Made by a program: the position numbers and the translations under genes. From the NCBI GenBank assembly GCA_000002445.1, contig CP000070.1, forward strand, positions 1,248,001 to 1,312,000: a stretch of 64,000 nucleotides of DNA, written 5' to 3'. The notes under the pieces were generated by a model. It was not told the origin of the DNA. It did no database searches and worked only from the letters and a program-made list of their open reading frames with translations. The stretch is from Trypanosoma brucei. Lineage: Eukaryota. Shown piece by piece: positions 20,602 through 31,340 of the stretch. Position 1 is the first letter of the stretch. Each line of letters opens with the position of its first letter.

Positions 20602-21978
20602 TTATGGAGTATTGTAGAAGGGAAGTGAGTCCACGAAGTACTTACTGTACTTTTCGTGACTAACGACAGCATCAGCAGCCTTCAGAACGGCACCTCCAGT
20701 ATCTCGGCACTCAAATATCATTAGTGTACGCTCCTCAAACGCAAAAGGTGTAAAAAGCGTACTGTGCCGTGAAGCGCTTGACGACATTTTGAAGTAGGAC
20801 TGGGAGGGGCGTTTAGGATTGAAAAACAGAACGCTTTGCAAGGGATCGCTGTTTCCTTTCCCGTGGTTAATAACCACCTGGTCAACGATGATGTCTTCTT
20901 TAGTAATCTTTGTGCTCTGTTTTTTTGAAACGGCGGCGACGATATCTTCTGCCACATCGTTGAGCCAGTTATCCGGCGGTGCGGCCTCAGACTTCAAGGC
21001 ACGGGAAAGGATAAAGCGATATATATCTCTCGAGCGTAAACGGGATATTATGTCTTGTGCAGGTTTTAGATTTGTATCTGCACTACTCTCTATGGCATCT
21101 AATACCCAGTCTCCCAACTTCAGGAACAACTCCTCGTGACAAACACACTCGAGAAGAGTGTGGCCGTGCACTAAGAAGTAGGGCGCAGCTGCACCCATAA
21201 TGTCACAAATCATATGATCTATAGCTTTGACCACGCGGTGCTGATACACATTTTTATGCAACTTGGTACGCAACACGAATAACTCCCGGAGCGAAAGGGC
21301 AACCTTCTCCTCAAAAGCGAGTTGCCACTGCCCCTCGTATTGTACCAGACGCGCAGAGTTGAATAGGCGACTCAAACGAACATCCACTGTTGGTTTACCA
21401 AAGCAACAGAGTGAGTCACGAAGGAAATAATCCAGTTTGTCAACATCGATACCATTTCGTTTGTTCGTCACTATCTCTGTGTAGACAAGATGCGAGGCAG
21501 GCTCACCTCGCATAACCCTCAAAACATCCTCCACATCATCTTTAGGGAGTAGGACCTTTAGTATGTTGCGGCCAATGGTTTGCGACATTTTGTCGTGGTC
21601 GAACAGCAAACCAAACTTGCGAGACATGACCTCCTCGAACAGATGGGAGAACGGTCCATGGCCAACATCGTGAAGCAGCCCGGCCAGCATCACCTTTTCT
21701 CTGTCCTTGTCATTAATTCGAAGGTCTGGCTGGCAGCGTTGAACTCGTCCCAGGAGGAGTTGCGCAATATGGGCCACACCAATACTGTGCTCAAATCGCG
21801 TATGTACGGCGGCGGGGTACAGGTAAGACGAGGAACCGAGTTGTTTCAGTGATCGCAGCCGCTGGAACGCGGTCGTGTCCACAGCCCGTGCAACGATTGG
21901 GGGAAGTGTTATGTGTTCGTGCACGCGGTCCATCACTGGCACATCGCGCAAGTATCGACAGATAATTCCATTTCTCAT
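20602..21978 (-). CDS. HD-domain dNTP triphosphohydrolase, SAMHD1-like
   Basis: 458 aa with a verified ATG. Collinear SAMHD1 motifs: FQRLRSLKQLGSSSYLYPAAVHTRFEHSIGVAHIA (SAMHD1 [31 protein letters not shown]), LLHDVGHGPFSHLFE (LCHDLGHGPFSHMFD), NKRNGIDVDKLDYFLRD (NKRNGIDVDKWDYFARD), and LHKNVYQHRVVKAIDHMI (LHRRAYQHKVGNIIDTMI). Confidence 0.9.
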   Translation of the reverse strand: MRNGIICRYLRDVPVMDRVHEHITLPPIVARAVDTTAFQRLRSLKQLGSSSYLYPAAVHTRFEHSIGVAHIAQLLLGRVQRCQPDLRINDKDREKVMLAGLLHDVGHGPFSHLFEEVMSRKFGLLFDHDKMSQTIGRNILKVLLPKDDVEDVLRVMRGEPASHLVYTEIVTNKRNGIDVDKLDYFLRDSLCCFGKPTVDVRLSRLFNSARLVQYEGQWQLAFEEKVALSLRELFVLRTKLHKNVYQHRVVKAIDHMICDIMGAAAPYFLVHGHTLLECVCHEELFLKLGDWVLDAIESSADTNLKPAQDIISRLRSRDIYRFILSRALKSEAAPPDNWLNDVAEDIVAAVSKKQSTKITKEDIIVDQVVINHGKGNSDPLQSVLFFNPKRPSQSYFKMSSSASRHSTLFTPFAFEERTLMIFECRDTGGAVLKAADAVVSHEKYSKYFVDSLPFYNTP

Positions 21979-22015
21979 TGTATCTATGTTTTCGCAGTTG
22001 CTTTTCTCTCAGTAT

Positions 22016-22018
<3 letters not shown>

Positions 22019-22049
<31 letters not shown>
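22019..22049. repeat. (CA)15 microsatellite
   Basis: cacacacacacacacacacacacacacac, read directly, just upstream of the HD-domain gene start. Confidence 0.95.
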
Positions 22050-22050
<1 letters not shown>

Positions 22051-22544
22051 ACTCTTATGTCTGTTTATGGACATTACGGAGGGAAGGGGGCGGTGGAAAA
22101 AGAAAATGAGATGTTGGGGGTAACGTGGTTCACCACCGCAGGGACAGAAGGGAAAAACAAAATCTACTAACGGCGATTATAGCAGATGGGAAGTGCGAGA
22201 CTGGCTCGAACAACTAAACAGGCAGAAGCATATAACGATATGACAGTTCCACATACTGCATGACATCCACGCACAGCTACTAGGAAGGGGGAGCCAAAAA
22301 TCATAATGCCCCTCCATACTCAGTTAAAGACGGAGTTCTCCAAAAAGTAATGGTGATAATAGAATTAATTAATAGTAATAGGGAAAACATCCGTCTCACG
22401 GCGATCACCACTCAGTCTCCTAGCAGCAACTGACGGTACCAGTCACGGTTCCTGCAGCGTCCGTAAGAAGCGCAGAACTGCAAGACTCCATACGAAATGG
22501 ATGCAACGGATCAAGGGAAAGAGAACGCGATGGTACATTCCCTT

Positions 22545-22928
22545 CTAGTGTTCAGCAGCAATCATATCAGGAATAAACTCACGAATGGGATATTCCCGTT
22601 TGCATTGTGGGCAGCGCAGTGCTCCTTCACGGATGGCCACGTCTTGAATGGCGTAATGTACAGCCTTGAGGTCCCTTGAGTCATCGGAGAGATCCACGTC
22701 CTCTAATTTCTCCGGCAGGACATTACCGGCATCCACCTGGTCCTGCTTCTGAGAACGCAAGGAATTGAAAGCTTCCACAAGATAGGTGTAATCCATCCGT
22801 GCGAGCATTGTTCGAATGAATTCAGGGTTGTACTCAGATGCCAGTACCTCCAACTCAGTGGCCTGCAGCTGAAGCGGAAAAGATTGGCACTGGATGCAGC
22901 ATAGAAAATTATGAGTGAGCAGCCTCAT
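22545..22928 (-). CDS. TRM112: Trm112-like methyltransferase activator subunit
   Basis: The ORF-track start at 22937 is TTG. The ATG is at 22926-22928, giving a 127-aa protein beginning MRLLTHNFLCC (Trm112 consensus MKLLTHN-L). The C-terminal zinc-knuckle-like CPQCKREYPIREFIPDMI matches the Trm112 C-terminus (CP.C...Y.I..GIP.ML). Confidence 0.8.
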   Translation of the reverse strand: MRLLTHNFLCCIQCQSFPLQLQATELEVLASEYNPEFIRTMLARMDYTYLVEAFNSLRSQKQDQVDAGNVLPEKLEDVDLSDDSRDLKAVHYAIQDVAIREGALRCPQCKREYPIREFIPDMIAAEH

Positions 22929-23198
22929 CACCCTCAAACCAGTCGGTGAACCAGTAAGACTCCCTGTCGCACACCAAGAAGTAAAATAACTGCCACCAAA
23001 AAAAAGTGAAGGAAAATATCAAATAATAGAGGTTCCAATAGAATAAACACATATCTATATGAAGGAGTAACAATGAGCCCGAAACGCACGAATGACACAG
23101 CTTTGCTTAATATGACAAAGTTTGGCGTGAAAAGTTAACAACAACATTGCAATGCAAACACTCCAACTAAACGTGAGAAATAACCGTATGGTCGCTTT

Positions 23199-24749
23199 CT
23201 ATGAGGCTTGTGGCCCGAAAAGTCTATTCTTCTTTGGAATAATATGAAACCCTAAAGTCTTAGGTACGGGGGCTCGTTGCAAAAGGGGAAGTTTTTCCCG
23301 TGGTGGTATTTGCCTTTGTCCCACGAGATCAGTGCTGTTGGGGAGGCCCATGAGAATATCCAAGGCGGAGGATTTCGGCTCTGCATCACTACTCTGACAC
23401 CTACGCACTCCATCTCCGGGGCTCATCAATATTTCAAGTGGTCGCCCCTCTCGGAAAAGTTCTGTTGAGGAGGAAGGACCGGGGGATCGCCGAGACGCAT
23501 GCTTGGGAGCAGCAATTGGACGAGACTTCTCAACCTCGCCCGCTGGAGTGTGTGGATCAGGCCTGCCCGCATATAGCGCTGCAGGATCAATCGCCCCTGT
23601 TTCGGGCAGGTGAAGCGCTCGCCTAAGCAACAGGTTCTCTTCCCGGAGCCTGCGTATTTCCGTTTTCAGATCGTATACCTCCTTCTGGGCGGTGTCCACG
23701 CGCTCTACGGCCTTGAACTGAATTTTCTGCGCGCGTTGAGCGAAGTAAATGGTGCGGAGTGACTCCTCCACAAACCTCGAAGAGGGCGTGACACACGCCA
23801 GCAAAACGGTCCGGCAACCCCCATCAAGGCTATTCATTAGAAGCTGCGTCAATACACTGGAGCGGTACGGAATATGGTCGGCACGCTGGCCGGCTGAGCG
23901 ACCTTTTGAGAGCCGCTCGATGACGTTTCCTAAAGCAAAGAGTGAGCGGTTAATGGACTTTGTGTCCTCCCCTACACCTCCCGTGTCGCGCAGCCGCTCG
24001 GAGCCTGCAAGGTCCACGAAGGTAAGCTTACCGCGCCGCGCAGGTTTTTCTCCATCAATGACCTCCGCATATATGGTGAAGATAAGGTGTGAGCGGCTAC
24101 TGTCTTCGTTCAGCAAATGTGCTGCCCGCTTCCGCCTTGCCTGCCCCTCTCGGAGCACCAACATGAAGTCGTTAATGTCTAAGCACTCGACAATCATTAG
24201 ATCCTCAACAAAGAAGCATCCCGCGCCCTTAGACCAACGGCACTTGAGTCCCTCTGTTCCATTCAATAAATCGTTAATACGCTCGTTGAACAGTTCCAAG
24301 TACGATGCCCGCAATTTTATGGTCCTTCCCTCAACCTCTCCAGCAGACTGAGCCTTTTCACGGAATTCTGAGACATACCTTACAGCTTCGAACTGAATAC
24401 CATTCTCAGCTGTTCTGCCATCCTCCCCTTCCGTCGGACCGCTCATGGTGTACGTCTTGCCGCTGCCCGTTTGGCCAAAACACATAATGGTAGCGGCTTT
24501 CCCCTCAAAAGCAGCATCGCACATGGCGTGCAGGTCTAATGCGCGGAAGACCTCCTCTTGGCTCACATCAGGGCCTAAACAACAATCCATGTCGAAGGTG
24601 TGAATTTGGTCCTGTGCACCGCGTGTGCCGCGGGATGTGGCATTTACTTTTGTGCCACCAGATTGTACTACAATACACACCTCCTCGCCCTGAGCCTCCT
24701 CTCGCGGTAGCAGCGGTCTGACACGTAGAAAAGCACCTATGTGTTCCAT
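23199..24749 (-). CDS. kinesin (N-terminal motor domain)
   Basis: 516 aa with a verified ATG. P-loop FGQTGSGKTYTM, switch I NEDSSRSH, switch II FVDLAGSER, followed by a coiled-coil neck LKTEIRRLREENLLLRRAL. The tail is short and Pro/Ser-rich. Confidence 0.9.
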   Translation of the reverse strand: MEHIGAFLRVRPLLPREEAQGEEVCIVVQSGGTKVNATSRGTRGAQDQIHTFDMDCCLGPDVSQEEVFRALDLHAMCDAAFEGKAATIMCFGQTGSGKTYTMSGPTEGEDGRTAENGIQFEAVRYVSEFREKAQSAGEVEGRTIKLRASYLELFNERINDLLNGTEGLKCRWSKGAGCFFVEDLMIVECLDINDFMLVLREGQARRKRAAHLLNEDSSRSHLIFTIYAEVIDGEKPARRGKLTFVDLAGSERLRDTGGVGEDTKSINRSLFALGNVIERLSKGRSAGQRADHIPYRSSVLTQLLMNSLDGGCRTVLLACVTPSSRFVEESLRTIYFAQRAQKIQFKAVERVDTAQKEVYDLKTEIRRLREENLLLRRALHLPETGAIDPAALYAGRPDPHTPAGEVEKSRPIAAPKHASRRSPGPSSSTELFREGRPLEILMSPGDGVRRCQSSDAEPKSSALDILMGLPNSTDLVGQRQIPPREKLPLLQRAPVPKTLGFHIIPKKNRLFGPQAS

Positions 24750-26019
24750 TCCTTAGTTTATTGTGTGTTTGGAACGACGCTAATATCCAAACAAAACAGC
24801 CGAAGAGCCATCCAAACCAACGACAACCCCGCGCACGTTGTGAGGAAGCTTCCCTGACTTTCAATCAAGATTGTAACCGTGAAGTGCGTATATGTGTTTC
24901 ACGTGTGCGTGAGCGCATATTAAGAAAGATTTTAGGGAAGAGCCATAGTGCATCGCCTGTGAAAATTGAGAACAGTATAATTGACAATCAAAATTGACAT
25001 GATAATAAAGGCAGTTGCCGCTGGATACCATTAAAAGGGTTAATTTTCATCTGCCTTCTCCGCACACACACACACAAAAAAAACACGCTCACGCAAGTAT
25101 CGGTTGTTCCTCATACGCTGCAAGAAAGAAACAACACGAGGTGCGTCGATCAATAAAACACAGCGATTACCCGCACCCTTTTTTTACTTCTGATGCCTGA
25201 TAAACAAAACGGACGTATTACACCTTGACGATCCGTTAGTACAGACAATATTGTATTCACAAAATAATTAATAGCAACCCAAGTTGTACCTGCAATAGCA
25301 GAGAGACATAATATACAGCAACTACCGCACACAAGGCATTCATGGCAATCCTTATTACAAGGTAGAAGGAAAAAGTGCAGAGACTAACTGTTTTCTGTTA
25401 TTTTGCATGTAACACTATAGGTGAAGCCTCTACTGCCATCAGCCCATTTTCCATGATGAAAAGTACCTACAGAGCAGAATCTGAGCATGAATAACTCGTG
25501 ATTTGGCAACGACGCATACCCCCAACCCACTTGCAGAGCACATACGCTCCTTTTCCAGCGGGAATGCAAGGCCGCGGCATGTCTCCAATTCAACCTTAAA
25601 TTTACGGAAGGAGGAGAAAAAGAGGCAGTGAAAACAAGGGAAAACGTCGGTAAATTCAAAAAGGTTGGTGACATAAGGCACACTGTCAGCAGTAACACAC
25701 ACGGTCCACAGGAGTACGTGGTATGAAGAGGGGGAGGGATAAGCGCGGCACAAATACATCGAGCGCGTGATCTCTTTCGGGTCAGCACTCACCAAGACGA
25801 AGAGAAATGCAACACAAAACAAAAGAGAGATGAAAGTTCACGAGAGGTTGGTACACCACACCTAGAGACACTTTCTTCCTTCACTTCCTTTGACACCAAA
25901 TATACACGGCAGTGCGGAGTGTGAGACATCCCTCCAACAGCGAACAAGTGTGCGTGCTCAATGCTAAGCTACAGCACCTCACAATCCGTTTCTATCCTTA
26001 CAAGTGATTCAGACTGCAC

Positions 26020-27024
26020 TCACTGTGGTTGCACAAACGGGAAAATACCCAAGGCTTTCTCCGCTGCAGTAATGCGCTCTAAGATTTGTCTCTGTCGCTT
26101 TGATAAGTCCACCTGAAGACTCTCATATGTATCCTCCACAGCCCTCATTGAGCCCTCGTTCTCAATGAAAACTTTCATGTCTCTTTCGTTCTGAATAGTC
26201 TGTAATCGCAACTGCTCTAAAGCCATCGCCTCCTCATACTCCTTCTTATACGTTTCCAACTCAGATGCCCGCTGCTCCTCCACATCCTGCTGCGCTTTGG
26301 CGAGTGGCGGTTCTTGCGGAACACTCTCAGGTGCCAAGGCATTTCGAAGGGGAGGGGCCGACACGGGGACCTCCAGAAAATAATTGAACTCCTCGGGTTC
26401 CCCAACCATTCGAGCATGAGTGGCGACGTAGTGGTACAGCGAGGCGTGCTGAACGATCCCTTGAATAAGCCACGTACTAAAAGGACCGATATCCTCCCTT
26501 TGAAGATAAATATTTTCTTTGGGAACGGTGGAAACGGCTTCTGTTTCCTCCACCACCTTCTCTGCTGCCCGATGGCCCCTTCGTGCTGATGTTTTGGAAG
26601 AAGACTGAACTTCCCATAAGGCCTCCTCAGCCTGTAAAGCCCGCTTCCACTTCCACTCTTCCTCCACTTCAGAGGTAACAAAGGCGATCACTTCTTCCTG
26701 CATTTCTTGCGTGTTACAACCATCCTCTACCCTCTCTTGAAAAGTACACAACCATTTTAACAGATGGACTACTTTTGCCGCACAATAACCCTGCTTCGCG
26801 CAGAAATTGATGAAATCCAGACGGGCGTCCACAACTATCTGCTGACCGAGGTCCACCTGGTAGCATTCGGCACCGAGTGCAACCGCAGTCATCGTTAGGA
26901 GGGATACTTCGTCATTTGCCCCAACAAAATGCAGCAGTTGCTCTATAAATTTTTCATCTTGAAAGGAAGGTGTCGTATCAACGGCGTACGACGACAAACA
27001 CTCCGACTTGCGACGCGGAGGCAT
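26020..27024 (-). CDS. hypothetical protein with C-terminal coiled coil
   Basis: The ORF-track start at 27162 is GTG and reads through low-complexity DNA. The first ATG is at 27022-27024 (334 aa, starting MPPRRKSECLSSYAVD). The frame is long and clean. The C-terminal region ELETYKKEYEEAMALEQLRLQTIQNERDMKVFIENEG is coiled-coil-like. Confidence 0.55.
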   Translation of the reverse strand: MPPRRKSECLSSYAVDTTPSFQDEKFIEQLLHFVGANDEVSLLTMTAVALGAECYQVDLGQQIVVDARLDFINFCAKQGYCAAKVVHLLKWLCTFQERVEDGCNTQEMQEEVIAFVTSEVEEEWKWKRALQAEEALWEVQSSSKTSARRGHRAAEKVVEETEAVSTVPKENIYLQREDIGPFSTWLIQGIVQHASLYHYVATHARMVGEPEEFNYFLEVPVSAPPLRNALAPESVPQEPPLAKAQQDVEEQRASELETYKKEYEEAMALEQLRLQTIQNERDMKVFIENEGSMRAVEDTYESLQVDLSKRQRQILERITAAEKALGIFPFVQPQ

Positions 27025-27439
27025 TAGGACTAACGAATGATGCTTAGAGGTATGAAAAATGCAAAAGGGATAGGGGGAGAAAAGGGGTCTTAGGGTTTTG
27101 AAAAGAAAAAAAAACGCACAAACAAACAAACCGGTAGATGAAGGCACACAAATACCTGGCACACAGGAGAGAGTTTTCTGAACAAGTAAAGTACAAGCAC
27201 TGCATTTCGCAACACACTATCCAATGCATGCAGTGCCAACTAAACTTTACAATAAAAAAAAAGGAAAAAACTATCCACCCACACACGAAAAAAAATTCTT
27301 CACAAATATGGTAAAGCCTAGATGGGGAAAGTTGGTTCATTTGTCGTGAAAAAAACAAAAACAAACAACAGCCTCATCCCCGCAGTGAATTCTAAGGTGA
27401 CAAATGGTGAAGAAGGAAGGAACTTAAATAGTACAGGTT

Positions 27440-28126
27440 CTAAGCATGGTGAGGTGGGGGGGTCAACAGAACTACCATCTTCCGCGCATCCGTGGACTTT
27501 TTGAATCCGAAGGTAATCCTCGAGGGTCTAATAGATGTGTTTATAACCACTAAATATTCACCCAGTGGCGATCCTTCGGCATTAGCCATCTGAACACTGG
27601 TGATAACTGATGTGGAAGCACACATGCGATGAAAGCCACCTTTTGGTGACTGCTGATACCATTTGACAGACCCCTCGTATGTGTCGACGCTCACCAAAGT
27701 GTGGACATCCGTTTTAAATGTACCGATTAATGACCAAGCCGGCCGAAAGCACTGCGGAGGTGGTGCAAACTCCACGCCATGGAAAAGTTCATCGGGGACA
27801 TCAATACTGGCGAGGCCCTTTAGTCTGTGTGTGGGGTTCAGCATCTCTGCCGCCTCTCTCGTTAATGACGCCATCTCCTTTCTAGTGGACGTTTTTGAAG
27901 ATACCGATTGAACTAGCGACAATGAACGGGAGGGAATCTTGTGAATTGATGGTTTGACGGATTGGGAGCGGGACGTTTTGGCTGAGAGGGATGCACTGGA
28001 GGGAAATAACGAGACGTTATTTGTTGCTACTCCGCATGCGACTCGCGAAGTAGAGCTCGCCTCCCGCACCACAGGCTGGTGTGGTATCTTATGACGCTGT
28101 TCATATTGCCTAAGTCTTGCTACCAT
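27440..28126 (-). CDS. hypothetical protein (Ser-rich N-terminal half, globular C-terminal half)
   Basis: 228 aa with a verified ATG. There is no recognisable motif. The C-terminal region reads WSLIGTFKTDVHTLVSVDTYEGSVKWYQQSPKGGFHRMCASTSVITSVQMANAEGSPLGEYLVVINTSIRPSRITF. Confidence 0.5.
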   Translation of the reverse strand: MVARLRQYEQRHKIPHQPVVREASSTSRVACGVATNNVSLFPSSASLSAKTSRSQSVKPSIHKIPSRSLSLVQSVSSKTSTRKEMASLTREAAEMLNPTHRLKGLASIDVPDELFHGVEFAPPPQCFRPAWSLIGTFKTDVHTLVSVDTYEGSVKWYQQSPKGGFHRMCASTSVITSVQMANAEGSPLGEYLVVINTSIRPSRITFGFKKSTDARKMVVLLTPPPHHA

Positions 28127-28837
28127 CCTGCCGATATTCTCCTTTGCTTACCTGCGTTACACTCTTACAGAGAATATAAAGTACAAAAAAAAAGGAAAAG
28201 GAATCAGGCATAGATGCGCGAGCAACGCGTGAGAAGCAACAGGTATATGTGGAGTGGGATACGAACGAAGCAAAACAGCCTTTCACACATAAACATATAT
28301 GTTATTTTCACACATACACACAACAACCATTTTTCTACAAAAAAACAGGTATCAGTCACAACTATGGTCTCATGTGCACGAATGAAACAAAAAAAAATCA
28401 ATAAAAAAATCTAATCGGGACCTGCCACTCGTTGTGTGCACCCTCAAACTTCCTCTTTCCCTCTCCATTTCCACCAGCCTTAACAACACCGTGGCACAAC
28501 GCGCAAATGTGTTGTCGTTCGGCTTTGTCTGCCTTTATGGAGACGGAAATGACAAGGCAGCGAGCGATTATGGGTGAAGTGGGAGAAAACAGCACACGGG
28601 ATAAGAATAAAAAACAAACTATAAAAGAAGTGGCTGCCGAGCTCGCTATGCAGAACCCAGTAGGCCCCAATCTATGTGATTCACACACCTGTCGTCTCTA
28701 TGATGCTTCAAAAAAGCCTGCACGGCGCATTGCAGAGGGGCTATTGAAAATCTGCTCTTAACATATATTGGGTACCCGCGGACACACACTAACGCATACG
28801 CAAACTATCATAGTCACGTATATATACATATACATAC

Positions 28838-28861
28838 GTGTGTGTGTGTGTGTGTGTGTGC
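28838..28861. repeat. (TG)12 microsatellite
   Basis: gtgtgtgtgtgtgtgtgtgtgtgc, read directly. Confidence 0.95.
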
Positions 28862-29239
28862 GAATGTGTATCTATATACAAATGTATCAAAGTGCTCGTA
28901 CATGATGACAATTATTTCTCTGTTCTATACGCTGTATGAGATATAAAAAAACCCCATTAACACGTTTTCGATATGCGCAGCGATAAAAAAAGTCAATCAC
29001 AACTACCGGCACAACTGCAATTCTTGTTTATGGGTTCAGGCACCTGCCTATCAAAAAAGAAAAACATGCTGCATGGCGTCACTAGAGAGAGCCGGAAGGG
29101 AAAGAAGGTCCCTCGCTTGTTAGCGCAAATGTTTTTTTTTGTTTTACACCCCCTCATAACCTTCCCCATTCTCACACCCACACCGTACCCCCACGTTTGA
29201 TATACGCAGACATGCTCTTTCAATCTTGCTGTTGGGTGA

Positions 29240-29251
29240 GGGGGGGGGGGG
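29240..29251. repeat. G12 homopolymer
   Basis: gaggggggggggggaac, an intergenic run of 12 G. Confidence 0.9.
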
Positions 29252-29696
29252 AACATCACTTTAACATCACCAAACATTGATTATTTACTAAGTTTGGGAA
29301 CTCAGTGATATCGTCAGAAGCATTGCGGCGCCCTACTCCCCACACTACCACCACTGACGATACTCCACGAGAGGAGATTATAACATCTGCAACGCGCTGC
29401 AAAAATCCCGCCCAGTTTATCCGCTGACACCCGCCTAAGCAAACACAACGAAGCGGTGCCTTCCTCCATCTCAGTAAATCCCAATGCTTTCGGTATACTT
29501 TTTCCCACTTTTTTGCCACACGGTAAGAGCAAACCTTACCCAGCTTCTCTACAGGACATGGGTCGCCAGAAGCGATAACGATAAGAAACCTTTACGCGCG
29601 TACTCCTTGTCTTTCCTTCCACTGACGTGCTTTCTGATGCAAATGTCCTCCGCTACGCGGTTAGCTTTTACAACCTGTACGGAAAGATGAAGAACT

Positions 29697-30716
29697 CTAT
29701 TGTACGGTTTCCCTGGCTACTGCAGGTGCAACCCGCGTTTCTCTGGCATCTTCCTTAGTTGGTTCGGCAAGTGCATCGGAGTTGCAATAACCCCTACTTG
29801 CGGTGGCTTTTGAGGAGGGGCACGGCAATCCGGTCGTGGAGGCGACGTCAGAAGAGGAATTCGTCGTGACTTCCCAGGCATTGGCTTCATTAGGGTCGAG
29901 GTATGCGGCGACGGTTCCGCTTCGTCTCGCCAACTCACCGCCACTACGATCTTCTCCAGACGGGTAACTCACTTCACGAATCCGACGTTTGGGAGTTACG
30001 TCGCCGTCGTCATAAAGTTTATTGCTCCCGGTCTCCTGCTCATGTCTCATCCTCTTCAAAGGCAACTTCAATGGGGAAGTGGTGGAAACTTTTGGATCAG
30101 GGCTATCCTGAAGTGCCCCCAGTGCTCGTTGCCTTGCCTGAGAAATAACAAACTCCATACTGAGAAAAACCGGCGGGGTAGCCACGAATCCGAATCCTTC
30201 TTCACTTTTGCCCTCCATAGCGACGCGCCAAGTGACAATCTCTAAAGGGAGGTCTTCCATGGGAAGTGATTTACCCACCTCTACATCGCGCATCCCTCCC
30301 AACACGATTACATCGCCATGGTGCAGAGGTGTCGGAGCGGAAGACGCGACTCGGATGCCGTTAACAAATGTTCCGTTACTGCTTCCCACATCAACAAGCC
30401 ACAGACTGTATTGCTCCTTCACCGGGATTTCCGTTTGACCCTCGCAGTCGACGTGCCGTCCTTCGCATCGGGACGGATCGCTGGCGGCTTCCCTTTCCTC
30501 AACCCTTTCGCTTGTTTCAGGCTCACACTTTTGTGCAAACATTTGGCAGTGCCACTGCGATGAAAAAATCAAATCCATTTCTAAAACCACGTCGTTATCG
30601 ATGGCCCGGCCGATGGTGATTGGTTTGCCGCTCAGGGGTAGTCGGACGGGCAAACGACGCTGAAGCCCCTCAGGGCCCCTGGTAAGGACCAGCGAAGCAC
30701 AGATATGCTCAGTCAT
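29697..30716 (-). CDS. FHA-domain protein
   Basis: 339 aa with a verified ATG. FHA core: PITIGRAIDNDVVLEMD ... LWLVDVGSSNGTFVNGIRV ... HGDVIVLGG (GR...D..L, SxNGTxxNG and the terminal GD-I hallmarks). The C-terminal half is Ser/Pro-rich. Confidence 0.8.
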   Translation of the reverse strand: MTEHICASLVLTRGPEGLQRRLPVRLPLSGKPITIGRAIDNDVVLEMDLIFSSQWHCQMFAQKCEPETSERVEEREAASDPSRCEGRHVDCEGQTEIPVKEQYSLWLVDVGSSNGTFVNGIRVASSAPTPLHHGDVIVLGGMRDVEVGKSLPMEDLPLEIVTWRVAMEGKSEEGFGFVATPPVFLSMEFVISQARQRALGALQDSPDPKVSTTSPLKLPLKRMRHEQETGSNKLYDDGDVTPKRRIREVSYPSGEDRSGGELARRSGTVAAYLDPNEANAWEVTTNSSSDVASTTGLPCPSSKATASRGYCNSDALAEPTKEDARETRVAPAVARETVQ

Positions 30717-31340
30717 AGTCTATATACGGAATATATATATATATATATGTGTGTGTACAGATGTATACCAAAGCATAGAAGAAGCGAAGAGTGACATAAA
30801 ATGGTGGGCGAGTGCACACACACGTGGGGAAAAAAGAAAGGATCGGCAAAACCATGTTACGTATGGATAATGGGGAAACTGGAACGGGCTGTAACAAGCC
30901 TGTGCAGTGTCGAGGAAGGAAGAAAGCGAAGTCACTAGTGGTGCGCCCAACTGCTGCACAACAAGTGTAAAAAAAGAGGAGAGGAGTGCGTGTGGGGGCC
31001 TCTGATCCCTCAGTGGAGGCTGCTTCGGGGCGGTCACAGTTAATCCCAAAAGAAAGTGAACAAATTGCTTCACCATTTCCCCTCGCACGCCTGTAGCTAA
31101 AAACGAGGGTTTGCGGAGTACTCAACGTCACCTCCCACCAAGCTTCCGGCTCGCTTCTCACACACCATATGTTCTCATTCTTTTCACATAAAATACATGC
31201 GCTCCCGTGCTGATGCCGGTAACTTTTTTTAATGCGGGTCTTCAAAAATAACATAAACCGAGTAAAGGGGAAGGAAGTTTGTTGGAAGATGAGCGAAATG
31301 GGGGCTAACGCGCGATGGAGAACCCCTAGGCACTTTCTCG

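Noticed and set aside
25384-25822. 134-aa and 127-aa minus-strand ORFs in the intergenic region between the kinesin and the next gene
   Set aside because: The two overlapping frames of low-complexity Cys/Leu/Phe-rich sequence have no motif. They look like UTR sequence.
28432-28761. 109-aa plus-strand ORF with fairly protein-like composition (METEMTRQRAIMGEVGENSTRDKNKK...)
   Set aside because: It is on the strand opposite to all genes in the array. The intergenic location lacks a pyrimidine tract and AG upstream on the plus strand. There is no recognisable motif.
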